Shown in pieces: positions 30,787 to 40,215 of a stretch of 64,000 nucleotides of DNA (within the stretch, counting starts at the first letter, position 1; every line of letters begins with the position of its first letter). Where the stretch lies: sequence record PP456877.1; one strand, given 5' to 3'. Position numbers and translations under genes: made by a program. Under the pieces are notes generated by a model, which did no database searches, had not been told where the DNA came from, and saw nothing but the letters and a program-made list of their open reading frames with translations.

Positions 30787-31320
30787 TTAACTTTCTAGAT
30801 AACGGATTTGACCATTTTCTAGATAACGTGCTGCGCCATTCTCTAATAGCCGGATAGTATCTGATGTATCATCAATACGTTGAATTAGTATATTACATTC
30901 GCCATAGTAAGCATAACTACTCGACATAGCTACTATCGTGTATGGAACAACATCCGTAGTTGCATTGATTGGTGTTGTATCAAATGAAACATCATCTGGT
31001 CCAAGCTTCCAACCCCGTGAACGGTTGATTTCTTCAGCAATTGCTTTAGGTGTTAAAGTACCAACTATCTTAAGGATAGATCCTTCACCAATAGCTCGTG
31101 GATCAGCAAAATCTAACCGACGGTAAGTTAACATGTACTTAATGTCAGTAGTAATGTCGATCATTTCAATAAATGTACGTCCAGGCTCAATCGTGGTTGG
31201 ACTAAAAAACATATCTTCAAATGTAACTGTTTCTGGTTTGAAGTTTATTTTTAAATCATCCCGCGCAAGTTTTACTAGCGCGTCCCTCGATGCCATGTCA
31301 TACGGAAAGATATCCTGCAT
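30787..31320 (-). CDS. Virion protein with C-terminal RxLENG triple repeat (gp143-like)
   Basis: 177 aa; TYRRLDF motif; ends IRLLENGAARYLENGQIRYLES. Confidence 0.8.
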   Translation of the reverse strand: MQDIFPYDMASRDALVKLARDDLKINFKPETVTFEDMFFSPTTIEPGRTFIEMIDITTDIKYMLTYRRLDFADPRAIGEGSILKIVGTLTPKAIAEEINRSRGWKLGPDDVSFDTTPINATTDVVPYTIVAMSSSYAYYGECNILIQRIDDTSDTIRLLENGAARYLENGQIRYLES

Positions 31321-31368
31321 GTCAAACCTCTATAGTGGTAAAATGTTTAATCCACATAGCATTATAAA

Positions 31369-31391
31369 GCCTTCCTCTTGAAGAGGAAGGC
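31369..31391 (-). terminator. Hairpin terminator
   Basis: GCCTTCCTCTT-g-AAGAGGAAGGC. Confidence 0.7.
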
Positions 31392-31402
31392 TATTATAGT
31401 TT

Positions 31403-31798
31403 TTATTGCATAAGCATCTTTATTAATTCAAAGGTACCTTGCACAATAGTCTTTAACACATTGGCACTTTCTTCTGACATAGGTGCACCAGATAAAACTA
31501 CCATAGTAGATACTGATGCCCCAATAAGAGTAACACCACCAGCTAATACCAATACCGCATTACGGTAAGAATCTTTAGCCTTCACTTCAGCAATTTCCCG
31601 GCTGAGAATTTTATATTGAAGATCTGAATCGGTAATAGCATAAATTAGACTAAGTACTTCCTCACCAGTTATACTTAGATTTATACGTTGTTCCTTTTCC
31701 AATACACTATTCAAATAGGTACGTATCTTCTTTCCATAGTCTTTAGAAGAAGATAAAGGATTACCATCGATCTCAATCAGAACGTCCTCTAGGGTCAT
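31403..31798 (-). CDS. Membrane protein, holin/antiholin candidate
   Basis: Start MTLED at 31798 after GGAG; TM segment AVLVLAGGVTLIGASVSTMVVL plus an amphipathic C-terminal helix; lies in the lysis cluster. Confidence 0.6.
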   Translation of the reverse strand: MTLEDVLIEIDGNPLSSSKDYGKKIRTYLNSVLEKEQRINLSITGEEVLSLIYAITDSDLQYKILSREIAEVKAKDSYRNAVLVLAGGVTLIGASVSTMVVLSGAPMSEESANVLKTIVQGTFELIKMLMQ

Positions 31799-32135
31799 GA
31801 CTATTCTCCAAATTACGTTGACGTTCGTTCCATTCACGCAATTTGTCTACTTGGATATTACATAGTCCAAGTGCATCAGTTTGTAAAAGCCAATGTTCGG
31901 TCATAAGTAAGAAACGTGCTTCATTCTCATCAGTAACCCCAACAGCTTTATATCTATCTAATGCATTGATGATCTCATTAGCTGTAGGTGGGGCTTCCAC
32001 ATCGCAAGGGAGAAGTAAACTACTTGGGATTGCAACTGGTATTTTCACGGGAGGCGGCACAGTAGTGCTCGTACATCCGTTTAGCAATAGCATTAATAGA
32101 CTTATTAATGTTATCTTTTTTTGTGTCAGTTTCAT
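31773..32135 (-). CDS. o-spanin (Rz1-like) lipoprotein
   Basis: Start MKLTQKK at 32135; signal ending LLLNG-C; PxxLLLPC...P and LGLCNxQ patterns typical of o-spanins; overlaps the i-spanin 3' end. Confidence 0.8.
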   Translation of the reverse strand: MKLTQKKITLISLLMLLLNGCTSTTVPPPVKIPVAIPSSLLLPCDVEAPPTANEIINALDRYKAVGVTDENEARFLLMTEHWLLQTDALGLCNIQVDKLREWNERQRNLENSHDPRGRSD

Positions 32136-32526
32136 GTTTAATCTCAGTAGTGGTACTTTCCCCATTAGTTGTTTTAGCTTTAACCTCAGGCCATACAGGG
32201 GGAGTATATCCACGACCTGATAAACTAATGTACTCATCAATCACCTCAGTGCGTGATTGCGCCTGCTCTTTTTGTATCTCTTTCTTTTTAGTAATTAGTT
32301 CAGCTTGAATTTTATCGGAGATACGGTCTGATTCAATCCTAACCTTTTCTGCCGCTTCATAAGATTTAATTTTTCCAATTAAATCTGTAGAGCGAACAAG
32401 TTCCGTCTCATAACTATTTTTGTAATATATGATACCAATTAAGGCACCTATCAGAATAACTAATAGTAACCATATATGCAATGGCACACTACCAATTATT
32501 TTTCGTATACCTGCTAATAGGAACAT
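32020..32526 (-). CDS. i-spanin (Rz-like)
   Basis: N-terminal TM IWLLLVILIGALIGIIYY, coiled coil, C-terminal Cys pair. Confidence 0.78.
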   Translation of the reverse strand: MFLLAGIRKIIGSVPLHIWLLLVILIGALIGIIYYKNSYETELVRSTDLIGKIKSYEAAEKVRIESDRISDKIQAELITKKKEIQKEQAQSRTEVIDEYISLSGRGYTPPVWPEVKAKTTNGESTTTEIKHETDTKKDNINKSINAIAKRMYEHYCAASRENTSCNPK

Positions 32527-32541
32527 TGTTACCTCGAATTG

Positions 32542-33105
32542 TTAAACAATCCTAGTAAGGTAGTAGTAAGCTATCGCACAAGCATCCATAGAGTGGTCAT
32601 CTAAACTATCTATGTCTATGTTCCATGTGATATCAGTACGAGAGCGCATTGCTTCTTTAACATCGTCTTTAGTAGTGCCCTTTACTTTTTTCATACCGGC
32701 ATTGATCTTAACTGTGGTCGGATCAATCATGTATAAAGGTATAAATCTATCATACTCGTATAATGCTCTATGTACATAGGTTACACATTCTACAAGTACA
32801 GCGAAGCTTTGGGCAAACTTACCAAGATAGTTAGATTCTACAATCACTGCATGTGGCTTTTCTGTATGCAGTATATTTAGTACCACATCACTCATTTGCT
32901 GCATTCTAGTGAATCTACTACCATGAACCTCGGAAATGGCAGCATATGCCGGATTTGTATCTTTAAGGTGGCAAGTAAATGCATTACGTACCACCTTATT
33001 ACTTCCATCCAACTTATCTTCCAGAATAGCTATGCCGAGGTTTTGTGAACCAGGGTCTAATGCTAGTACCCGAAATGGCTCATCACTCGCTGGAAGCTTA
33101 AGCAT
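32542..33105 (-). CDS. ruvC: RuvC-like Holliday junction resolvase
   Basis: RVLALDPG, VIVES and DDHSMDACAIA carry the acidic catalytic residues. Confidence 0.85.
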   Translation of the reverse strand: MLKLPASDEPFRVLALDPGSQNLGIAILEDKLDGSNKVVRNAFTCHLKDTNPAYAAISEVHGSRFTRMQQMSDVVLNILHTEKPHAVIVESNYLGKFAQSFAVLVECVTYVHRALYEYDRFIPLYMIDPTTVKINAGMKKVKGTTKDDVKEAMRSRTDITWNIDIDSLDDHSMDACAIAYYYLTRIV

Positions 33106-33107
33106 AT

Positions 33108-34034
<927 letters not shown>

Positions 34035-34070
34035 TTAGTACACTGTACTATTGAGTAAATTTGTAAGAGT

Positions 34071-34096
34071 TCCCCTCCACATGGAGGGGATTTATG
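34071..34096 (-). terminator. Hairpin terminator
   Basis: TCCCCTCCA-ca-TGGAGGGGA-TTTATG. Confidence 0.7.
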
Positions 34097-34099
34097 CCG

Positions 34100-34588
34100 T
34101 TAAGCAAATTTTTCAGGAGCACCACGTACCATTACACAGATCCATGATTGTCCATTATGGGAACGTTTTACTTCATGTAATTGGGATAGATGGAATACTA
34201 ATCCTTCACCTTTTCCAATTAATAGTTCCTCACCATCTAAAATGAACTTAGCATCAGGTCCAATATTCCAAGCAAGAATAGTACCGGACTCGGGTTTATC
34301 TACCCAATAATTCATCTCATCTAGAAATCCATCTATTTTGGGGAAATCTAAAAACCATACTTGCAGTGCTTTGTTAAATAGTTCTTCACCTAAAATTGGC
34401 TTAATTTCTTTACGCTGTTTAGCAGTCCAATTAAACCATTTTGAAGTATTATAAACACTACATGCTTTAAGGCCATTAGTGCCAACTCGCATACGGTGGC
34501 CATATGAGTCTCTAAATGAAACTTCACCTTTAAGCTTTGTTAATGTTTTTAGTTCTGTCTTAGATAAAGTCTTAAGTTTAATTGCCAT
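34100..34588 (-). CDS. Degenerate 2OG-Fe(II) oxygenase/cupin-fold protein
   Basis: Aligns with the upstream gene (G.G..F....HEV) but lacks the HxD motif. Confidence 0.6.
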   Translation of the reverse strand: MAIKLKTLSKTELKTLTKLKGEVSFRDSYGHRMRVGTNGLKACSVYNTSKWFNWTAKQRKEIKPILGEELFNKALQVWFLDFPKIDGFLDEMNYWVDKPESGTILAWNIGPDAKFILDGEELLIGKGEGLVFHLSQLHEVKRSHNGQSWICVMVRGAPEKFA

Positions 34589-34596
34589 GTTGTACC

Positions 34597-35079
34597 CTAC
34601 TCGTAGAGATATATAAGGACGTATCTTTTATTTTTAACTGGAGGGACTTCATGTGGCTCTGAACGGATTGGAAAAATAGTAGCCCTACCTGGTACATCCT
34701 GATAAAACTCACCATTGATCGTTATACCATCGCCATTGTCATTTAATGCAATAACCATGTTGTAACGATAAACAGCTTGGTCGATGTGTTCAGGCATACC
34801 TGTACCAATTTCATATCGGTTGATTAGAACTTCGCCTAACCAAGCACCTTCTACCTTAGGTGCAATATGAAATAGTAATTCCCGTAATTCCATTGGCATT
34901 TGGTTATGCCCTAAAAACCAATAATCACATTCAGTGATACCTTTGGTTGGGATACTATTAATTTTTTTCCGATTAAACCACCAGGAATCTCCCAGTGTAT
35001 CCAGATAAGATACAAGGTCAGCTGCAAATTCAGCTGAAAACACGTCCTTGGTCGATCTTTCGTGGGCCGATAAGCTCAT
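34597..35079 (-). CDS. 2OG-Fe(II) dioxygenase
   Basis: INRY..G.GMPEHID (HxD), distal His in PHEV, and KRY Arg; likely start MSLSAH at 35079 after AGGTGG. Confidence 0.78.
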   Translation of the reverse strand: MSLSAHERSTKDVFSAEFAADLVSYLDTLGDSWWFNRKKINSIPTKGITECDYWFLGHNQMPMELRELLFHIAPKVEGAWLGEVLINRYEIGTGMPEHIDQAVYRYNMVIALNDNGDGITINGEFYQDVPGRATIFPIRSEPHEVPPVKNKRYVLIYLYE

Positions 35080-35632
35080 GCAGGCCACCTGCATATCGAT
35101 GTGCTTTCTCAGCGTCGAGATCTTCCCTGGATTTATAGATAACGTCTGGGCTCTCAATTAGGGCCTCCTTATGCGCGCGATTAGTTCGTTTAACAAGATC
35201 AATATAATCAAGCATTTCTTCTAGTTCATCTAACTCTTGACCATATTTTTCAGCTAGCTGTTTAATTGCACGTGCAAGGATATTAATTTGCTCAGTCACT
35301 GGATAGCGTTCAGTAATTTTGTAGGCCACTTTACTATTTAAGTGATCTTCAGTAATCACTTGTGGCGCTTCTTCTTTAGGAACAATCTTCCAATCGGAAA
35401 GTGTAGGTTGTTTACCAGGTGTATTACTTACGACTACATCATAAGTACCCATTTCGGCTTCAACAAAAATGGTGTGCTCACGTGACTTAGCATCGAATGC
35501 ATCTAAAGGTAGATAGCCTACGCTTTGTAGGAATACCTCAGAAGTACGGTTAAACATTAATAGTACTTTTACTTTATCTTCAGTAGGCGCAGTAGCTAAA
35601 GATAGTTCTTGGAGTGATAACGGATTATTCAT
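35030..35632 (-). CDS. Tail-fibre-associated/chaperone-like protein
   Basis: TAATG coupling at 35632 sets the start at MNNPL; follows the fibre array. Confidence 0.6.
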   Translation of the reverse strand: MNNPLSLQELSLATAPTEDKVKVLLMFNRTSEVFLQSVGYLPLDAFDAKSREHTIFVEAEMGTYDVVVSNTPGKQPTLSDWKIVPKEEAPQVITEDHLNSKVAYKITERYPVTEQINILARAIKQLAEKYGQELDELEEMLDYIDLVKRTNRAHKEALIESPDVIYKSREDLDAEKAHRYAGGLHELIGPRKIDQGRVFS

Positions 35633-37023
35633 TATACAAGTGCTCCAGCTCGAATCATCCAACGCCATGTACCATTATTTCTAACTGCTACATATTGCTG
35701 GTAATAATAGGCTTCAAAGGGGGTATTAGTTCTAACACCTACAACAGCGTAAGTGCCTTCAGGATATTTGGTATTATCTGTAAACATCGTATTTAACGTG
35801 TTTAATGCTTCTGCTTCACTATTTACCTGACCTAAGGTAATGGCTTTAATCTTATCTTTGTTCCACTCTTTAAAAGCTTCAACCCAGTCTTGCCAAGTAC
35901 CATCGCTTGCTAGATAATATCTCTCAGGATCATTTAATATTGATGCATTACCTTTACCTAATGCATTCCATTTAAATACGCCACTAGTTACTTCTTCAGC
36001 TGGAATATCTTTTCGAACATCATTCCAGAAATTCTGATATACCTTACCTGTTCCAGTAACTGGATAACCCTGACTATTAGTAGTAGCACCAATAGTGGTC
36101 GCATTAGCAGCTTGTTCATTAATACCTAATAATGGAGTTATTTTAGAATCCATCACTGGTTTGGTATATGATCCAACTTGGTCAGCTGTGACAGCATGTG
36201 GGTTATTAAAGTTTTTAATATGTGCTGCAAGTTTAGCCAACGTATCAATATTAAGAATACGATAAATACCACCAATTGGCATGTATTTATTATTTACGTT
36301 TCTATTAACTGACTCAGCTTCAGTAGCAAAACCCCAGTTGGATATCTTATCAAGCGGTGGAATTAACTTGAATCGATCATCAGCATGCGGATTATTATAA
36401 TCAGTTAAGTGTGCTGTAACTCGATCTCTATAATCGTCCACAGCGGTTTTTGCATCAGTGAGATAAACTTTATAATAATCATCGGCAGCATTATCCATGG
36501 CACTTCTACCGACCCGATAAGCATGTGCTATTCGGTTTAATTCAGTTACCATTGTATCTGTGCCATAAATCTGCCAATATTCATGGCCGTGAGGTGCAGG
36601 CGGATATGCATCGGGTTTACCAATAATATCATCCCAAGTGAAACTTAATTCATCTAATTCAAGTTTATCAAAAACAGCTTTAAGTTCTAATGCTGAAATA
36701 CTAAAGAAACCACCAACTGCTCTATATGTAACTTGGACATTAGGACTAACATTAGGATCAGTTACTACAACAATACCCATTACTTCTAAGCCAGTCATTT
36801 CAGATAACTGTGAATAAAGATAGGTTGTTTTATATTGATCTTTGTTTAAAGATAAACCAGTCTTCTTATCACGTAGATTAAAGTCCTTAGTATAAAAACC
36901 ACCATGTGTACACATAAGTACGCGATGTGTTTTATTATTGACTTGAATAAGTGTGTGATCCTCATCTACAATGTAATTAGATGCTAATTTAGCTTTTAGA
37001 TCTAATGGTAAAAAAGTAATCAT
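35632..37023 (-). CDS. Tail fibre/baseplate paralogue (gp135-like)
   Basis: Shared N-terminal domain plus two HxxxxxNPH repeats. Confidence 0.75.
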   Translation of the reverse strand: MITFLPLDLKAKLASNYIVDEDHTLIQVNNKTHRVLMCTHGGFYTKDFNLRDKKTGLSLNKDQYKTTYLYSQLSEMTGLEVMGIVVVTDPNVSPNVQVTYRAVGGFFSISALELKAVFDKLELDELSFTWDDIIGKPDAYPPAPHGHEYWQIYGTDTMVTELNRIAHAYRVGRSAMDNAADDYYKVYLTDAKTAVDDYRDRVTAHLTDYNNPHADDRFKLIPPLDKISNWGFATEAESVNRNVNNKYMPIGGIYRILNIDTLAKLAAHIKNFNNPHAVTADQVGSYTKPVMDSKITPLLGINEQAANATTIGATTNSQGYPVTGTGKVYQNFWNDVRKDIPAEEVTSGVFKWNALGKGNASILNDPERYYLASDGTWQDWVEAFKEWNKDKIKAITLGQVNSEAEALNTLNTMFTDNTKYPEGTYAVVGVRTNTPFEAYYYQQYVAVRNNGTWRWMIRAGALV

Positions 37024-38396
37024 TATGCCGGTTCCCCTATATTAGTCCACGTTGATCCAACTTTACGTAGGAATAGAGTATTCCTATAGGAAGTAGCTGT
37101 TGTACCATTGCCATGTCCAATAACGAATTCTTGATCGTAATGGCAAATAGCTAATGAACCAGGCCACCATTGTTCAGGATCTGAGAAGTATGTGTTATGG
37201 AAAGCAATTGCTTCTTGAATAGACTTAAAGTTGGTGTTATTCCAGTGGACCATCGTTCCTGTTTTTTGGAAGCGATTAAATATAAAACCGAAATGAGTCC
37301 ATTGACCATTAGGCATCAATGTCCAATCACGGCCAGGCCAGGTAGCTGAATTACCAATCCTACCAGGTGCTAGTCGACCAGTCGTCAATACACTTAAAGG
37401 CATTTTAGCACGTACTGTTTCACCCATGCTATAAACATCTTGACCAAATAAAAGTTTAGACGTATTGGCTGTTTTACCTTTATCTAATTTTTGATTTAGT
37501 AAAATATTAGCTTGAGTAACAGTATACGTATTTAATTGTTCAGCCGTTACCCTGTGTGGGTTAGTGGTGACATCATTAACGTGTGCCAGATATTGAACTG
37601 TATAATTGGTATCAACTGATAACTTCATTGACCATGGCGTAGCATAGACATTCATGATAGCGCCATTTGGCTGTTTGGCTTGTGTTTCAGTTGCAATGCC
37701 AGCATTATAAACATTACCTAATGCCACTTGCCCTTTACGTGTCTGGTGTGGGTTAGTGGTGGTATCATTGATGTGTGTAGTAAGTCGTGCTTCAATTGTA
37801 TTAAGATCAGCTTCTATTAGACTTAACTGATATTTAAACTCATCTAAAATGGAGTCATATGAGTCTGATGAGCTTTTCTTTAATAAGTCAGTTATTTCTT
37901 TTAACTTAACAACTCTAGGCGTAAAACCATAAAGTTCCCAATAGGCATGCATATGTCCATTAGGTTTAAATTGGTCAGGAATATCTAAAATATTAGACCA
38001 ATGTGGTTTACGGGTATTATTTAAAAGAGCGTTAGCATGCTCAGATATGGAAGGGGCAAGGTTACAGTATATACCACCGCACATCTGAGCATCAATGTAA
38101 ATATCCTCGTGGACATCTTGTTTTGTAATAACAATTACTGAACACGCTTCAAGTCCAGTCTTCTCGATTACTTCTGGATTAATACCAGTACACTGATAAT
38201 CCATTTCTGGATTTAACTCATTCTGCCTACCATCTCTGATAACCATTCCTTTAGTGTAAAAGTAACCCTTATCCATCACGATGATGCGATAGGGGAATCC
38301 TTTCTGTTTTGCTAGTGAATGGTATTCACCCTTTGTTCGGTTACTATAACTCTCTCCAGTTTCATCAAATGGAAGAGGTAAAAGTAATGGATTCAT
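37023..38396 (-). CDS. Tail fibre/baseplate paralogue (gp134-like)
   Basis: LPFD...GE.H.L...YRII N-domain; two HxNDxTTNPH repeats. Confidence 0.75.
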   Translation of the reverse strand: MNPLLLPLPFDETGESYSNRTKGEYHSLAKQKGFPYRIIVMDKGYFYTKGMVIRDGRQNELNPEMDYQCTGINPEVIEKTGLEACSVIVITKQDVHEDIYIDAQMCGGIYCNLAPSISEHANALLNNTRKPHWSNILDIPDQFKPNGHMHAYWELYGFTPRVVKLKEITDLLKKSSSDSYDSILDEFKYQLSLIEADLNTIEARLTTHINDTTTNPHQTRKGQVALGNVYNAGIATETQAKQPNGAIMNVYATPWSMKLSVDTNYTVQYLAHVNDVTTNPHRVTAEQLNTYTVTQANILLNQKLDKGKTANTSKLLFGQDVYSMGETVRAKMPLSVLTTGRLAPGRIGNSATWPGRDWTLMPNGQWTHFGFIFNRFQKTGTMVHWNNTNFKSIQEAIAFHNTYFSDPEQWWPGSLAICHYDQEFVIGHGNGTTATSYRNTLFLRKVGSTWTNIGEPA

Positions 38397-38407
38397 CTAA
38401 ACTATCC

Positions 38408-39796
38408 TTATGGAATTACCCAGCCACCTTGTGAACGGAAACACACGTAGTTAGGAGTATAATCAACGAAAATCAATCCGTTACCAGCTGCCTGGATTTT
38501 CTGTTCTTTAATAGTGAAGAATACAGTAGATCCAATAGGCCATGCATCTGGATTAGTGAAGTTAGTTCTACAGAAATCTAATGCTGCTTGCACGGATGGT
38601 TGTAATCCTAGTGCATAAAACTTTAACTTAACCGGATATGAATACTCTGTGGCTAATTGATCAAAGTGTGTAAAAATACCATTCCCACGGAGTGGTGCTT
38701 TCCATTGTCCCATTGCCCCGGAACCAATCCGATTTATATTGATGACATTACTCTGGCCATCGCCAGCTGTAAAGTTCACGTCTGTGTCAAAGTTCTTACG
38801 CATCCACCAAATAAGATCGCTATAACCCATTAAAGTAGCAGTTGGTTGCCCTTTAGGTTTATAATAAACCATATTAGTATTAGCTACTGTATCAGTCTTT
38901 AAATATTTACCAGTAATTCGTGAATCAAAATCACTTTTCAAATACGACTGTACATGCGTATTTTTGACTTTATGTGGATTATCACGGCGAGCTATGTGGG
39001 CATTAAGTGGTTTTATAGCTATTTCATCTAATACGCCATATGCTAACTGCGGTGTTAGATAATGTACATTAGATTGACCTAGTTGAGCAATGGCTGGAGT
39101 AGCCAATGGAAAGTTATTAACTAAACCTAGTTCAACATTGGTTGGGGTAATCTTGTGTGGATTAGCTTTATCCTGAATATGCTTTTCTAGGCGGTCATTA
39201 AATTTCTTTAAGAACTCATCATAAATCTCTTTAACTTTACTACGGTATTCATCTTCACCGCTTGTATCACCAGCCATGAGTGCCTGTGTTATCCACTCCA
39301 TCTCGTTATTGTAAGGCTGATACGTATCAAGATGCCATCGTTCACCAACTAACTCACCGTCTTTCCAATATGGTTCGTTACCAGTGTAGTCGAGATCTTT
39401 TGGCTTTGGCTTACCATTTGTTTTCCACCAGTTAATATAATCATCAATAACTGTGAAACTAAACGCTAGATCACCGCCCACCATGTGAGCTGAAGTATAC
39501 ACTATTGGTGTACTAGGTGTTTTTAAGAAAACAATTGCTGAACATATTTCTTGACCGACATACGCACTAGCATCTTTGTGATAATAAGTAACAATATAAT
39601 CAATATCTTTAACTAAACGATTATATTTACCATCATAAACTTCTAACCCTTTTGTATAGAATCCACCATGATATAACTTGATGATTCTATAGTCGAATCC
39701 CTGATACTGAACTAGAGTATGAGGCTCGCTACCAATGAAACAATCTGGATTTGTACCTAATGGATCAAATGGTAATTGTAAAATAGGATTATACAT
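38408..39796 (-). CDS. Tail fibre/baseplate paralogue (gp133-like)
   Basis: LPFDPLGTNP N-domain; two NPH repeats. Confidence 0.75.
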   Translation of the reverse strand: MYNPILQLPFDPLGTNPDCFIGSEPHTLVQYQGFDYRIIKLYHGGFYTKGLEVYDGKYNRLVKDIDYIVTYYHKDASAYVGQEICSAIVFLKTPSTPIVYTSAHMVGGDLAFSFTVIDDYINWWKTNGKPKPKDLDYTGNEPYWKDGELVGERWHLDTYQPYNNEMEWITQALMAGDTSGEDEYRSKVKEIYDEFLKKFNDRLEKHIQDKANPHKITPTNVELGLVNNFPLATPAIAQLGQSNVHYLTPQLAYGVLDEIAIKPLNAHIARRDNPHKVKNTHVQSYLKSDFDSRITGKYLKTDTVANTNMVYYKPKGQPTATLMGYSDLIWWMRKNFDTDVNFTAGDGQSNVININRIGSGAMGQWKAPLRGNGIFTHFDQLATEYSYPVKLKFYALGLQPSVQAALDFCRTNFTNPDAWPIGSTVFFTIKEQKIQAAGNGLIFVDYTPNYVCFRSQGGWVIP

Positions 39797-39826
39797 AAGA
39801 AATACCTTTTAACTGAAACAGCAAAA

Positions 39827-39857
39827 AGAGACACAGCTTTTGGCTGTGTCTCTTATG
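39827..39857 (-). terminator. Hairpin terminator
   Basis: AGAGACACAGC/GCTGTGTCTCT 11-bp stem followed by TATG on the plus strand. Confidence 0.7.
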
Positions 39858-39870
39858 CCGGGTCAGATGT

Positions 39871-40203
39871 TTATAGACGGTCTGCTGCGTCATTAAATAA
39901 TTTCGCAAGTGGACCGTATATGTGCACTCGATTATAATCATCTGTCCGTTTAGGAGTCATGTACGTAGTGTTATTGAAACCTTCTTGTGCACGCTTCTTA
40001 GTAGCTGGACGATAGTTAGCCACATTACCAAGACCAATATCCGATGGTTGCAGATTATGTGGGTTACCTCTAGCTGCAATATGCCCATTGATCCTATTAA
40101 TAACGGCTATGAATTTATTAAGGACTGCCTTAGTAAATAAGCCTTGATTACTAATAGAAGCATTTATTTGAGCATCCATCTCTTGACGTGTAACTTCTGC
40201 CAT
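39871..40203 (-). CDS. Small NPH-repeat fibre protein (gp132-like)
   Basis: HIAARGNPHNLQPSDIGLGNVANY is a single repeat unit. Confidence 0.75.
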   Translation of the reverse strand: MAEVTRQEMDAQINASISNQGLFTKAVLNKFIAVINRINGHIAARGNPHNLQPSDIGLGNVANYRPATKKRAQEGFNNTTYMTPKRTDDYNRVHIYGPLAKLFNDAADRL

Positions 40204-40215
40204 TTTTAAATCCTC

